52,002 nucleotides of DNA from a virus (IMGVR_UViG_3300033998_000186:1-52002), one strand, 5' to 3'; positions 20,085-28,603 are shown, counted from the first letter of the stretch. The notes: generated by a model from the sequence alone, not told the origin. Numbers and translations are program-made.

Positions 20085-20196
20085 CCTGTGTTGCGTTTTA
20101 CCCCCTTGGTAGTATGATTACCTTAGTCACCTTTATAGAAAGGCCTTAAAAGGCAAAATCTTGGACATTCTGTCGAGTAAATCGCCAACAACTTCC

Positions 20197-20236
20197 ATCG
20201 CGGAAAACTTTATAAAGTTTTCCGCGATTTTTTTAT
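20197..20236 (+). terminator. Perfect 32-bp palindrome plus T-tract; probable terminator of the lysis operon
   Basis: atcgcggaaaactttataaagttttccgcgat (20197-20228) equals its own reverse complement and is followed by a T-run. Confidence 0.65.
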
Positions 20237-20244
20237 AAAAACAG

Positions 20245-20294
20245 TTGACAAGTGTGTATAAGTATGATATGATATAACTATCATAAAGGAAAGG
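20245..20294 (+). promoter_or_regulatory. Sigma-A-type promoter/leader, copy 1
   Basis: TTGACA-17 nt-TATGAT, then ataactatcataaaggaaagg; similar copy at 21291. Confidence 0.7.
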
Positions 20295-20304
20295 AAATAA
20301 AACA

Positions 20305-21285
20305 ATGGAAAAATGGGAACTAAAACAAAGACAATCTTTACCACTTGGAGCCAAGATCAATATGTCGATCCGCCGTATAATAGACTGGTACGAATACTGG
20401 GGCGGCGACGTATATGTTTCATATTCGGGCGGTAAGGACTCAACCGTGCTATTGGATTTGGTACGACAGGTCTATCCAGACGTAGAAGCAGTGTTCGCCG
20501 ATACCGGGCTTGAATACCCGGAAGTGCGACAGATGGCTAAGGAATACGGAGCAGTATTCTTAAAACCTACAATGTCATTTAGGCAGGTTATATTAAAATA
20601 CGGTTACCCTATCGCGAGCAAAGAACAGGCTGATTATATTAGCCTAATGCGAAAAAATCCCGCAAATATTGAAGCTTTTCACGAATGGATGTCCACAGGG
20701 AAGGCCAGCCACCCTACTTACGCGTTCGAGAAATATATTTTAGGCAAAAGAGGCAACGACTATACTTCTTTTAAAATCTCCAAAAAATGGTACCCGCTTC
20801 TTGATGCCCCATTTAATACTTCATCCGCCTGCTGCGCGATGATGAAAAAGAACTCCTCCAAAAAATACGAACGCCAAACGCACAAACATCCATTCGTTGG
20901 TACGCTTGCATCAGAAGGGGAACGCCGTATGCAAAACTACTTAAAAAACGGCTGCAATGCATTCGAAGCCAAAAGGCCAGTAAGCACACCAATTGCGTTT
21001 TGGACTGAAAACGACGTACTTGAATATATAGTTGCTAAAAATCTCAAGATTGCGTCGGTATATGGCGATATAGTTAGACTAAACGATGGCACATATACTA
21101 CTACTGGGTGCGACAGGACAGGTTGTATGTTTTGCATGTTCGGCTGCCATTTGGATAAAGAACCCAATCGGTTTAAGAGGTTAGCTAAAACGCACCCCAA
21201 AATATACGATTACTGTATGAGATCCACAGAAGAAGGCGGGTTAGGATTAGCCAAGGTGCTAGACTTTATCGGAGTTCCACATTAA
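20305..21285 (+). CDS. PAPS-reductase-family protein
   Basis: PP-loop SYSGGKDS, DTGLEYPE, CC..MKK, RTGCMFC. Confidence 0.88.
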   Translation: MEKWELKQRQSLPLGAKINMSIRRIIDWYEYWGGDVYVSYSGGKDSTVLLDLVRQVYPDVEAVFADTGLEYPEVRQMAKEYGAVFLKPTMSFRQVILKYGYPIASKEQADYISLMRKNPANIEAFHEWMSTGKASHPTYAFEKYILGKRGNDYTSFKISKKWYPLLDAPFNTSSACCAMMKKNSSKKYERQTHKHPFVGTLASEGERRMQNYLKNGCNAFEAKRPVSTPIAFWTENDVLEYIVAKNLKIASVYGDIVRLNDGTYTTTGCDRTGCMFCMFGCHLDKEPNRFKRLAKTHPKIYDYCMRSTEEGGLGLAKVLDFIGVPH

Positions 21286-21290
21286 GACTA

Positions 21291-21340
21291 TTGACATGTG
21301 TGTATAAACGCGATTTGATATAACTATCGTAAAGGAAAGG
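21291..21340 (+). promoter_or_regulatory. Sigma-A-type promoter/leader, copy 2
   Basis: ttgacatgtgtgtataaacgcgatttgatataactatcgtaaaggaaagg aligns without gaps to 20245-20294. Confidence 0.6.
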
Positions 21341-21353
21341 AGACGGTTTTACA

Positions 21354-21770
21354 ATGTATAACAAAACTATTAAAAACCAAAACGTGGGGTACTTTCTCGT
21401 GGACAGAAGAGCATTCACTAAATTAACAGAGGCTGAAAAATTTTGCATAAAAAATAATCTGGACGTTAATAAAGACATTCTTTCAGAAGATCCTGCTGTA
21501 TTAGAAACCGCCAAAGATATTTGTTTTACAGTTCTTCCTGTTTTAAGTGATTTAAAAGAGTCCATTCAGGAAGAATTCAATAATCAACTTATTGTATATA
21601 ACAAAGCAGTTGATGAATTCAAAGAATCAGAAACAAAATGCGATCTATTGCGCAATTATAAAGAACAACAAATGTATGAAGCGCTTGGGAAATTAAGAGG
21701 AATAGCAAAAGTTCTTGAAATTATAGAAGAACAAATACAAGCTCATAAAGAGATTTTAACCCATGTATAA
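21354..21770 (+). CDS. Hypothetical early protein
   Basis: 138-aa ORF with RBS behind promoter copy 2. Confidence 0.7.
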   Translation: MYNKTIKNQNVGYFLVDRRAFTKLTEAEKFCIKNNLDVNKDILSEDPAVLETAKDICFTVLPVLSDLKESIQEEFNNQLIVYNKAVDEFKESETKCDLLRNYKEQQMYEALGKLRGIAKVLEIIEEQIQAHKEILTHV

Positions 21771-22084
21771 ATAAGAGAAGAAACACATCTAGGCCGTAAT
21801 AAGCTATTCAAACGGCCGATGGCGGAGCAACAAACGTAAGTTAAATAAAAGCTATATGCCGCGGCATGCAGTCACTGATGTACTGTATGCCGCATTTTAA
21901 TCTTTATGAGCAGTTTCAGTGCGTCCAGGATTGACCAGGATTGATTTTATATCATCCAGAGTATAAACATCTTACCAAGGGGGGGGGTAAAATCAACCTG
22001 GGGCATTCTAGAGCTCCTGGTGCGATATCGTCTTTTTGTGACTATTTTTGCATGCTGTATATAGATATCCGTTATCTAAGAGGA

Positions 22085-22290
22085 TACGGCATGCAGTATA
22101 TAACATCCAAGTTTTGCTAATAATGTCAATTTTATAAGTGCTTAAGTGCTCATAGTGCCTCATTTTTCCTATAATATATATATAAAATATTACGTTATCC
22201 GCTTATAGGAAAAAATAAGCACTATGCGCCCTTAAGCACTTATAAAATTGGTATTACTAGCAAAACTTGGTTTTTTACGGCGTGCAGTAT
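22085..22290. repeat. 191-bp palindromic unit, copy A (164-bp hairpin 22107-22270)
   Basis: 68-bp inverted arms around a 28-nt loop; flanked by direct repeat tacggc(a/g)tgcagtat at 22085 and 22276 (191 bp apart); near reverse complement of copy C. Confidence 0.9.
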
Positions 22291-22335
22291 CCCCCGCCAG
22301 TGCCTATTTAGCTAATACCTACAGAATATGTGCAT

Positions 22336-22440
22336 AAAGTTTGTGGGAATTAACTATGTACAATTATATAGCTATATGCTAAAATATAATTGTGCTTGAG
22401 AGTCAAGCCAAATAAAAAAAATATGGAGGAAAGAAAAATG
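22336..22440 (+). repeat. Early-gene leader cassette, copy 1
   Basis: aaagtttgtgggaattaacta...caattatat...atataattg...gcttga/tcaagc...atggagga...ATG; other copies at 24386 and 25678. Confidence 0.85.
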
Positions 22441-23124
22441 GTACAAGACATAATAAAAGATAAGTTGATAGCGACTAGCGATATAGAATGCGGGGCTATT
22501 ACAGTTAAGGATAATATAATAATATCCGGGGATTTGCATGCTACTGAGATTACTGCTGGTGGTGATATAATCGTGGGCGGCTATATAAAAACAAATGGCA
22601 TTATAAGAGCTGGCGGCACAATAACCGCTAAGGGGATAAGAACCGCGCAAAAGGTAATGGCTAATAATATATCAGTTCGTGAGTATATATATGCGAGCAG
22701 CATTTATGCCGAAAAAGTTACGGCTGAATATGTTCAGGTTTTTGGTGTATATGTGAAAGATATAAAGGTAGACGGTATAATAAACGTTTCAAGCATACAC
22801 GCTGATTATATTCAAGCAAAAGGAATATATGCAATTGGATATATTAATTGCGCTTGCTTGGTTTGCGATGGCATAGTTAAAGTCGAAGGCAATATTATAG
22901 CCAGCGATGGAATAACGGCGGGTGGTGATGTAACCGCGCGCGGCGGCATTAATTCTGGCAGCTATATAATAGTTACCGGCGAAATTATAGCGCCGTATGT
23001 GTACGCGGGTACACGCTATAGCCCAGAAGAGTGGGATATACGCGGCATAATAAAAGCGGTTAAAAAACCGGATACGATAATAACCGGATATTGGAAAGGA
23101 AGTGAAAAAAATGCAGTTAAATGA
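22438..23124 (+). CDS. Hypothetical protein with repetitive beta-solenoid-like sequence
   Basis: About 6-residue I.A.G periodicity (ITAGGDIIVGGYIKTNGIIRAGGTITAKG); start at ATG after GGAGG. Confidence 0.7.
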   Translation: MVQDIIKDKLIATSDIECGAITVKDNIIISGDLHATEITAGGDIIVGGYIKTNGIIRAGGTITAKGIRTAQKVMANNISVREYIYASSIYAEKVTAEYVQVFGVYVKDIKVDGIINVSSIHADYIQAKGIYAIGYINCACLVCDGIVKVEGNIIASDGITAGGDVTARGGINSGSYIIVTGEIIAPYVYAGTRYSPEEWDIRGIIKAVKKPDTIITGYWKGSEKNAVK

Positions 23125-23284
23125 AGAGTTGCGGGAGGTTGAATATGATATACGGACGCTGGAGAATGAACTCCAGCGCCCATGGAGTTTGGACGATGAA
23201 GCTTTTTTAGAGGAAGAATTAGAAAAGTTATATGCCTACAGACACGCGCTAAAAATGAAATTAGAGGAGGAATGTAAATTATGA
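23112..23284 (+). CDS. Hypothetical protein (start uncertain; ORF track gives 23102)
   Basis: Short acidic helical ORF whose end overlaps the next gene's start. Confidence 0.5.
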
Positions 23285-23514
23285 AAAGGTTTGCAGAGCC
23301 TAGCTGGATTAATAAAAAGGCTATAGGGGAATGCGCTTATTGCGGCGTGGAAATATATGCGGATGATGAATTTTATGCTAGCGGCGGTTTATTAATATGC
23401 TGCATAGAGCATAGAAACGCGTATATTAAAGAGCATGCGGAAGAAATAGATATTGATGATTTTACGTACTGGAAGTATGGCGAATTTAGTTTAATGGCAA
23501 AATATGAAAATTAA
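23281..23514 (+). CDS. Hypothetical protein, possible Zn-binding
   Basis: CAYCG...CC..H; preceded by GAGGAGG. Confidence 0.65.
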   Translation: MKRFAEPSWINKKAIGECAYCGVEIYADDEFYASGGLLICCIEHRNAYIKEHAEEIDIDDFTYWKYGEFSLMAKYEN

Positions 23515-23525
23515 GGAGGGGAAAA

Positions 23526-23741
23526 ATGTTAATAATGGGCAAAGACAGACGGTTATTGGCAGATACTACCGGCGCGATTTTAGCTATAGAGGAATACGTG
23601 GATAATCAATATTATATAAGCATTGGCCATGCTGGGCATGACGAAGAATTATTGGGCTTATATAAAACCTATGAAGACGCGATGTTGGCGTTGGGGCATA
23701 TAGCCGAACAAGCGCAAAACAATAATCCTAAGGAGGAATAA
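23526..23741 (+). CDS. Hypothetical protein
   Basis: ORF with AAGGAGG RBS. Confidence 0.65.
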   Translation: MLIMGKDRRLLADTTGAILAIEEYVDNQYYISIGHAGHDEELLGLYKTYEDAMLALGHIAEQAQNNNPKEE

Positions 23742-23743
23742 AC

Positions 23744-24361
23744 ATGAAAAGAACAATATATAATGGAATCAAATCTAAAGAAAGAGTATCTAAGTTTGGT
23801 GAGGTATTTACCCCAGAAAACATAGTTAGAGATATGATAAACATGGTACCAGAGGATGTACGAAATAATATAGACGCCACTTGGCTTGAGCCAGCATGTG
23901 GTAATGGTAACTTTTTGGTAGCAATACTATCTGATAAGTTAGATTTAGCAGAGCAGTTAGGACTGAAAAACTATGATATAAATGTATTTCGAGTGGTGTG
24001 TAGGATTTATGGTATAGAAATCCAAGCAGACAATGTGGAGGAATCACGTGCAAGAATGATGGAGCTTATAAAGTTAAGATATAAACAATTTACAGGTAAA
24101 GACATGGATGAAAAACTGGAGGATGCAATAGAATATATATTAACACAAAATATAATCTGGGGGAATACGTTAACAGAGATGTGTATGAAAGATAATTCCG
24201 ACATATTAATAGCAGAGTGGACAATAGATGGTGAGTATGTAATACGCCGTGATTTTACTTTAGGTTCTATGAGAAAAAATAATCTATACTATGGAATACC
24301 GACAAGAACATATAAACGTGCTAAATATATAGATGTAATGAATATGGTAGTTTATTTATAG
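23744..24361 (+). CDS. Amino-DNA-methyltransferase-like protein (SAM-binding half only)
   Basis: GEVFTP (motif X), LEPACGNGNFL (motif I), IYGIEI (motif II); no NPPY/DPPY seen. Confidence 0.75.
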   Translation: MKRTIYNGIKSKERVSKFGEVFTPENIVRDMINMVPEDVRNNIDATWLEPACGNGNFLVAILSDKLDLAEQLGLKNYDINVFRVVCRIYGIEIQADNVEESRARMMELIKLRYKQFTGKDMDEKLEDAIEYILTQNIIWGNTLTEMCMKDNSDILIAEWTIDGEYVIRRDFTLGSMRKNNLYYGIPTRTYKRAKYIDVMNMVVYL

Positions 24362-24385
24362 CAGATATGCACAGGAAACAGGTTA

Positions 24386-24490
24386 AAAGTTTGTGGGAAT
24401 TAACTATATACAATTATATAGCTATATGCTAAAATATAATTGCGCTTGAGAGTATCAAGCCGAATAAAAAGTATGGAGGAAAGAACAATG
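24386..24490 (+). repeat. Early-gene leader cassette, copy 2
   Basis: Near-identical to 22336-22440. Confidence 0.85.
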
Positions 24491-24685
24491 TTAGTTGAAA
24501 AAATGGAGTATAAAGAACACACGGCATTATTATACAGGTTTTTGGACTTGCCGGAATTAGCCAAAGCGGCTTTTTTCGGCCGGCTCTTCGGCCGCATGGA
24601 AGCGGATCAAATAGAACAGTTTTTCCAGGCTTTTGAAGAAGAGCTTGAAAAAGAAGAATTAAAGGAGGTGATTAATCATGGTTAG
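24488..24685 (+). CDS. Hypothetical protein
   Basis: ATG after the cassette RBS. Confidence 0.65.
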   Translation: MLVEKMEYKEHTALLYRFLDLPELAKAAFFGRLFGRMEADQIEQFFQAFEEELEKEELKEVINHG

Positions 24686-24926
24686 AGAAAATACATTTGA
24701 TGTAAAATTATTCAAAATATATTTAGTGCAAAAAAGTATACCTTTCAAAGAACTGCAAAAAGCGTTAAAATGGAGTGTAACCACTACCTATAATAAAACG
24801 CACGGTATTCGCGCTTTTACCGCGCCGGAAATACTGGATTGCGCATTATATTTAGATTTAACATTGCAGGATGTTAATAAAATATTTTTCCAAAACAAAA
24901 TTAGGGAGGACCATAATGACAGCTAA
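24678..24926 (+). CDS. Cro/XRE-like HTH protein
   Basis: ELQKALKWSVTTTYNK..G.R.FT..EI...L.L......IFF pattern. Confidence 0.6.
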   Translation: MVRENTFDVKLFKIYLVQKSIPFKELQKALKWSVTTTYNKTHGIRAFTAPEILDCALYLDLTLQDVNKIFFQNKIREDHNDS

Positions 24927-25656
24927 AAAACACGCGCTATTATCGGCCAGCTGCGCGCACCGGTGGTTAAATTGCACGCCGAGCGCTAGAATAGAAGCGA
25001 ATTTGCAGCAAAGTACTTCTTTTTATGCGCAAGAAGGCACAGCAGCGCACGAGCTGGCAGAATTAGTAGCAAAATATTGGCTAAATAAAATTTCTGAAAT
25101 TGAATATGAAGCCAAGCTGGCTAGTTTTCAGAAAAATAATCAATATTATACCGATGAAATGCTGCACTGCTGTATAGAGTACGCCAGGTTTATTTATAAT
25201 GAAGCTAAAAAGCTGCACGCGCAAATTGTAGAACTAGAGGTAGAAAACCTTGATTTTTCAAATTATGCGCCTGGCGGCTTTGGCACTGGTGATTGTATAA
25301 TCGTTGCCAATACAGTATTAGAAATTATTGACTTTAAATATGGCAAAGGCTATAAAGTCAGCGGGCAAAATAATGAACAAATGCGACTATATGCCTTGGG
25401 CGCGCTAAATCGATATGCGGCGGAATATTCTATTGAAAAAATAAACATGATTATTTTTCAGCCGCGCATTAACAAAGAGCCTAGTACTGAAACCCTGGAT
25501 ATTGCCGCGCTATTAGATTGGGGGGAGAATTATGTAAAACCGCGGGCACAGCTAGCATATGCCGGATTAGGAGAGTTCGCGCCGAGCGAAGACGTATGCA
25601 AATTTTGTAAAGCGCAGCAAAACTGCCCGGCAAAAATTATTAATAGCTTTGATTAA
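24916..25656 (+). CDS. DUF2800-family Cas4-like PD-(D/E)XK nuclease (short)
   Basis: HALLSAS.AHRWLNCTPS, EGTAAHELAE, GFGTGD, IIDFKYGKG, QMRLYALGA, CKFCKA...CP. Confidence 0.85.
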   Translation: MTAKKHALLSASCAHRWLNCTPSARIEANLQQSTSFYAQEGTAAHELAELVAKYWLNKISEIEYEAKLASFQKNNQYYTDEMLHCCIEYARFIYNEAKKLHAQIVELEVENLDFSNYAPGGFGTGDCIIVANTVLEIIDFKYGKGYKVSGQNNEQMRLYALGALNRYAAEYSIEKINMIIFQPRINKEPSTETLDIAALLDWGENYVKPRAQLAYAGLGEFAPSEDVCKFCKAQQNCPAKIINSFD

Positions 25657-25677
25657 TTGTATACAAAAAACTAGTCA

Positions 25678-25786
25678 AAAGTTTGTGGAAAACGCCTGTA
25701 TACAATTATATAATAACGCGTTATTATATAATTGTACTTGAGCGAATCAAGTAAATAAAAAAAAGATATGGAGGAAAAAAAAGATG
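25678..25786 (+). repeat. Early-gene leader cassette, copy 3 (diverged)
   Basis: aaagtttgtggaa...tacaattatataataa/ttattatataattgta...acttga/tcaagt...atggagga...ATG. Confidence 0.75.
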
Positions 25787-26311
25787 AGTTTAACACAGGT
25801 AACAACGGGAAAAGTGCGGTTTAGCTATTGCAATTTGTTTGAACCGCGGGCAATGCAAGAGGGGCAAACGCCAAAATATAGCGTTACGCTCCTAGTACCG
25901 AAAAGCGACAAAAAGACTGTAGACAAGATTAACGCTGCGATAGAAGCGGCAAAGGCTGCATATATACGGCGCAATCCCGGCAAAAAGCTGCCGAGCAATC
26001 TTAAAACCATTATTCATGACGGGGATGGCGAGCGGCCAAATGGCGGCGAGTATGGCGAGGAGTGCAAAGGCTGCTATGTTATGACCGTTAGCAGCAAGCG
26101 CCCGCCGGTAATTGTGGACGCGGATAAAAATCCGCTTAATGACCCGCTAGAATTATATTCCGGCTGCTACGGCCGCGCGGTATTGAACTTTTATGTGTAC
26201 GACACGCAAGGCAATAAAGGTGTCAGCGCTGGCTTACAGGGAATTATGAAGCTAGAAGATGGCGAGCCTTTAGGCGGCGCAGTTGTAACCGATAACACCT
26301 GGGACGACTAA
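25784..26311 (+). CDS. DUF2815 single-stranded DNA-binding protein
   Basis: VRFSY..LFEP, KYSVTLL.PK.D, HDGD, YSGCYGRA, GNKGV..GL, DGEPLGG. Confidence 0.9.
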   Translation: MSLTQVTTGKVRFSYCNLFEPRAMQEGQTPKYSVTLLVPKSDKKTVDKINAAIEAAKAAYIRRNPGKKLPSNLKTIIHDGDGERPNGGEYGEECKGCYVMTVSSKRPPVIVDADKNPLNDPLELYSGCYGRAVLNFYVYDTQGNKGVSAGLQGIMKLEDGEPLGGAVVTDNTWDD

Positions 26312-26322
26312 GAATGGCGCAT

Positions 26323-26358
26323 GGCGCCTAGCTTTTAGCCTAGGCGCCCAATAAAAAA
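26323..26358. terminator. GC-rich hairpin after SSB
   Basis: ggcgcctag...ctaggcgcc followed by an A-run (U-tract on the - strand). Confidence 0.45.
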
Positions 26359-26372
26359 AGGAGTGAAAGAAA

Positions 26373-26645
26373 ATGATGAAACAGGAATTTGAAAATCTAG
26401 TTGGCCGAGAAATCCCCGCGGATGATTATAGCATTATCGAGGATGTATATATATATTATCCCGGTGTAGTGAGCAAACAGCAAATTGCTGATTTGTATGC
26501 GGCTTTTGGTTTGCGCATATTCAAAGACATGATGACTACAGTGCGCAAGATTCAAGAATATGAACGCGGGATTGAAGCCGAAAAAGTGCGTTTGGCTATG
26601 CTTGAAAAAGATTATAAGCGCTTTTTGGAGGAAATCGAACGATGA
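26373..26645 (+). CDS. Hypothetical protein
   Basis: ORF with RBS, ATGA-coupled to the polymerase. Confidence 0.7.
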   Translation: MMKQEFENLVGREIPADDYSIIEDVYIYYPGVVSKQQIADLYAAFGLRIFKDMMTTVRKIQEYERGIEAEKVRLAMLEKDYKRFLEEIER

Positions 26646-28594
26646 AAACATTAGCGTGTGATGTAGAAACTTATTCCTCGACCGATTTAAGCAAAGCCGG
26701 TGTATACAAATACGCAGAAAGCCCAGATTTCGAAGTTCTACTTTTTGGCTATGCGTGCGATGATGAGCCTGCGCAAGTTATTGATTTAACCAAAGAGGAA
26801 ATTCCTCTTTGGTTAATCAAGGCTTTATTTAACAGTACCATTGTAAAGACCGCTTTTAACGCGCAATTCGAACGTGTCACATTGGGCCGGTTTTTACAAG
26901 TATATTTGCCGCCTGAGCAGTGGCAGTGTACTGCTGTTTTAGCCCGCGAGCTTGGTTTGCCAAATAGTTTGGCTGAGGTTGGTCGCGTTCTTGGATTACC
27001 AGAAGACCAGCAAAAGCAGAAAACCGGCGCGGCTCTAATCCGATATTTTTCGAAACCTTGCACGCCGACAAAAAGCAATGGTTACAGGACCAGGAATTTG
27101 CCGGAACATGATACCGAAAAATGGCGGCAATTTATCGATTATAATCGGCAGGATGTGGAAGCTGAAAGAGCTATAAGGCAAAAATTGTATAAATATAAAA
27201 TACATGAACGGGAGCAGCGCCTATGGATAATCGACCAAAAAATTAACGACCGTGGGGCCATGGTCGATACACAATTGGCGCAAAATGCCATCGAAATCAA
27301 TAACGCTATTAAAAAAGAGTTGCTGGAGCAGGCGCAAGAGCTAACCGGGGTGGCAAACCCTAATAGCGCGCAGCAGATAAAAAATTGGATTAAGCAAAAA
27401 ACCGGTGTGGAAATAAAGAGCTTAAATAAAAAAGTAATGTCGGATGTATATCAGCAGATTGGTAATAATGAATGCGTCCAAAAAATGCTGGATATCCGCG
27501 CCGCATTATCCAAAACATCGGTCGAAAAATACAACGCGATAATACGTTGCGCTTGCCAGGATTCTAGAATTCGCGGGCTAACAATGTTTTATGGCGCGTC
27601 AAAAAGTGGCAGATGGGCGGGCAGGCTAGTACAAGTTCAAAACCTGCCGCAAAATCACATACCAGATGACCAGTTGGACGACGCGCGGCAGCTGGTAAAA
27701 GCCGGGGATATTGACGCATTAAAGCAAAAATATGATGTAATCAGCGTATTATCCCAATTAATTAGAACGGCTTTTGTGCCAAAGCCTAGCCACAAGTTTA
27801 TTGTCGCCGATTTTTCTGCAATAGAAGCCCGGGTTATAGCTTGGCTGGCGGCTGAAAAATGGCGGCTGGATGTTTTCAGAACGCATGGCCGAATATATGA
27901 AGCCAGCGCGGAACGCATGTTTAACCTGCCGCCGGGTTCGGTCCAAAAGGGTGACCCGCTAAGACAAAAAGGCAAAATCGCTGAACTGGCATTGGGTTAT
28001 GGCGGCTCGGTTGGCGCGTTAAAAGCTATGGGCGCGCTTGATATGGGTTTGACAGAAGAAGAATTACAGCCATTGGTCGACAGCTGGCGCGCCGCAAACA
28101 AGGCGATAGTACAGTATTGGTATGATGTAGATACCGCGGCTAGGAAAATGATTAAAACAGGCGAATACAAAAAATTGCCTTATGATGTGTTTTTCCGGAA
28201 AGAGGGACCGCTCTTAAAGCTGCATTTGCCCAGCGGTAGAGAATTATCATATGTAAAGCCGCAAATAAACGACGATTTAGAAATAGTCTATGAAGGCGTT
28301 ATCCAAACATCTAGGCATTGGGGCAAGATTGAAACCTATGGTGCAAAGCTGGTGGAAAACATTGTGCAAGCAACGGCGCGCGACTGCTTGGCTGAAGTAA
28401 TGCTAAAAACTGAGCAAGCGGGCATTCCAATAGTTTTCAGCGTGCACGATGAAATTGTTTGCGAAGTGCCGGAAAACCAAGCCGAGGCAGCGCTTAAAAT
28501 CGTATTGGATATAATGAAAGAAACGCCCGATTGGGCGCCAGGTTTGCCATTAAACGGCGATGGCTATATTTGCGATTATTATATGAAGAAGTAG
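26642..28594 (+). CDS. Phage DNA polymerase, family A (SPO2/APSE-like)
   Basis: Exo I DVETYS, AFNAQFE; GRWAGR..Q.QNLP; motif A DFSAIEAR; motif B RQKGKIAELALGYGG; motif C VHDE. Confidence 0.95.
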   Translation: MKTLACDVETYSSTDLSKAGVYKYAESPDFEVLLFGYACDDEPAQVIDLTKEEIPLWLIKALFNSTIVKTAFNAQFERVTLGRFLQVYLPPEQWQCTAVLARELGLPNSLAEVGRVLGLPEDQQKQKTGAALIRYFSKPCTPTKSNGYRTRNLPEHDTEKWRQFIDYNRQDVEAERAIRQKLYKYKIHEREQRLWIIDQKINDRGAMVDTQLAQNAIEINNAIKKELLEQAQELTGVANPNSAQQIKNWIKQKTGVEIKSLNKKVMSDVYQQIGNNECVQKMLDIRAALSKTSVEKYNAIIRCACQDSRIRGLTMFYGASKSGRWAGRLVQVQNLPQNHIPDDQLDDARQLVKAGDIDALKQKYDVISVLSQLIRTAFVPKPSHKFIVADFSAIEARVIAWLAAEKWRLDVFRTHGRIYEASAERMFNLPPGSVQKGDPLRQKGKIAELALGYGGSVGALKAMGALDMGLTEEELQPLVDSWRAANKAIVQYWYDVDTAARKMIKTGEYKKLPYDVFFRKEGPLLKLHLPSGRELSYVKPQINDDLEIVYEGVIQTSRHWGKIETYGAKLVENIVQATARDCLAEVMLKTEQAGIPIVFSVHDEIVCEVPENQAEAALKIVLDIMKETPDWAPGLPLNGDGYICDYYMKK

Positions 28595-28603
28595 GAGGAT
28601 ATT

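Noticed and set aside
20197-20228. Protelomerase (telRL) site
   Set aside because: No protelomerase-like ORF in the window, and a following T-tract favours a terminator
21979-21987. G9 run as a G-quadruplex or phase-variation tract
   Set aside because: Single intergenic run with no evident linked promoter or ORF; homopolymer length may be a sequencing error
22085-22290. Hairpin element as a CRISPR array or classical IS/MITE
   Set aside because: No repeat-spacer periodicity or cas operon; no transposase; the flanking direct repeats are part of the unit itself and differ between copies, unlike a fixed-length target-site duplication
24916-25656. Cas4-like nuclease as evidence of CRISPR-Cas
   Set aside because: It sits in the usual DUF2800-SSB-PolA phage replication module; no cas1/cas2 or array
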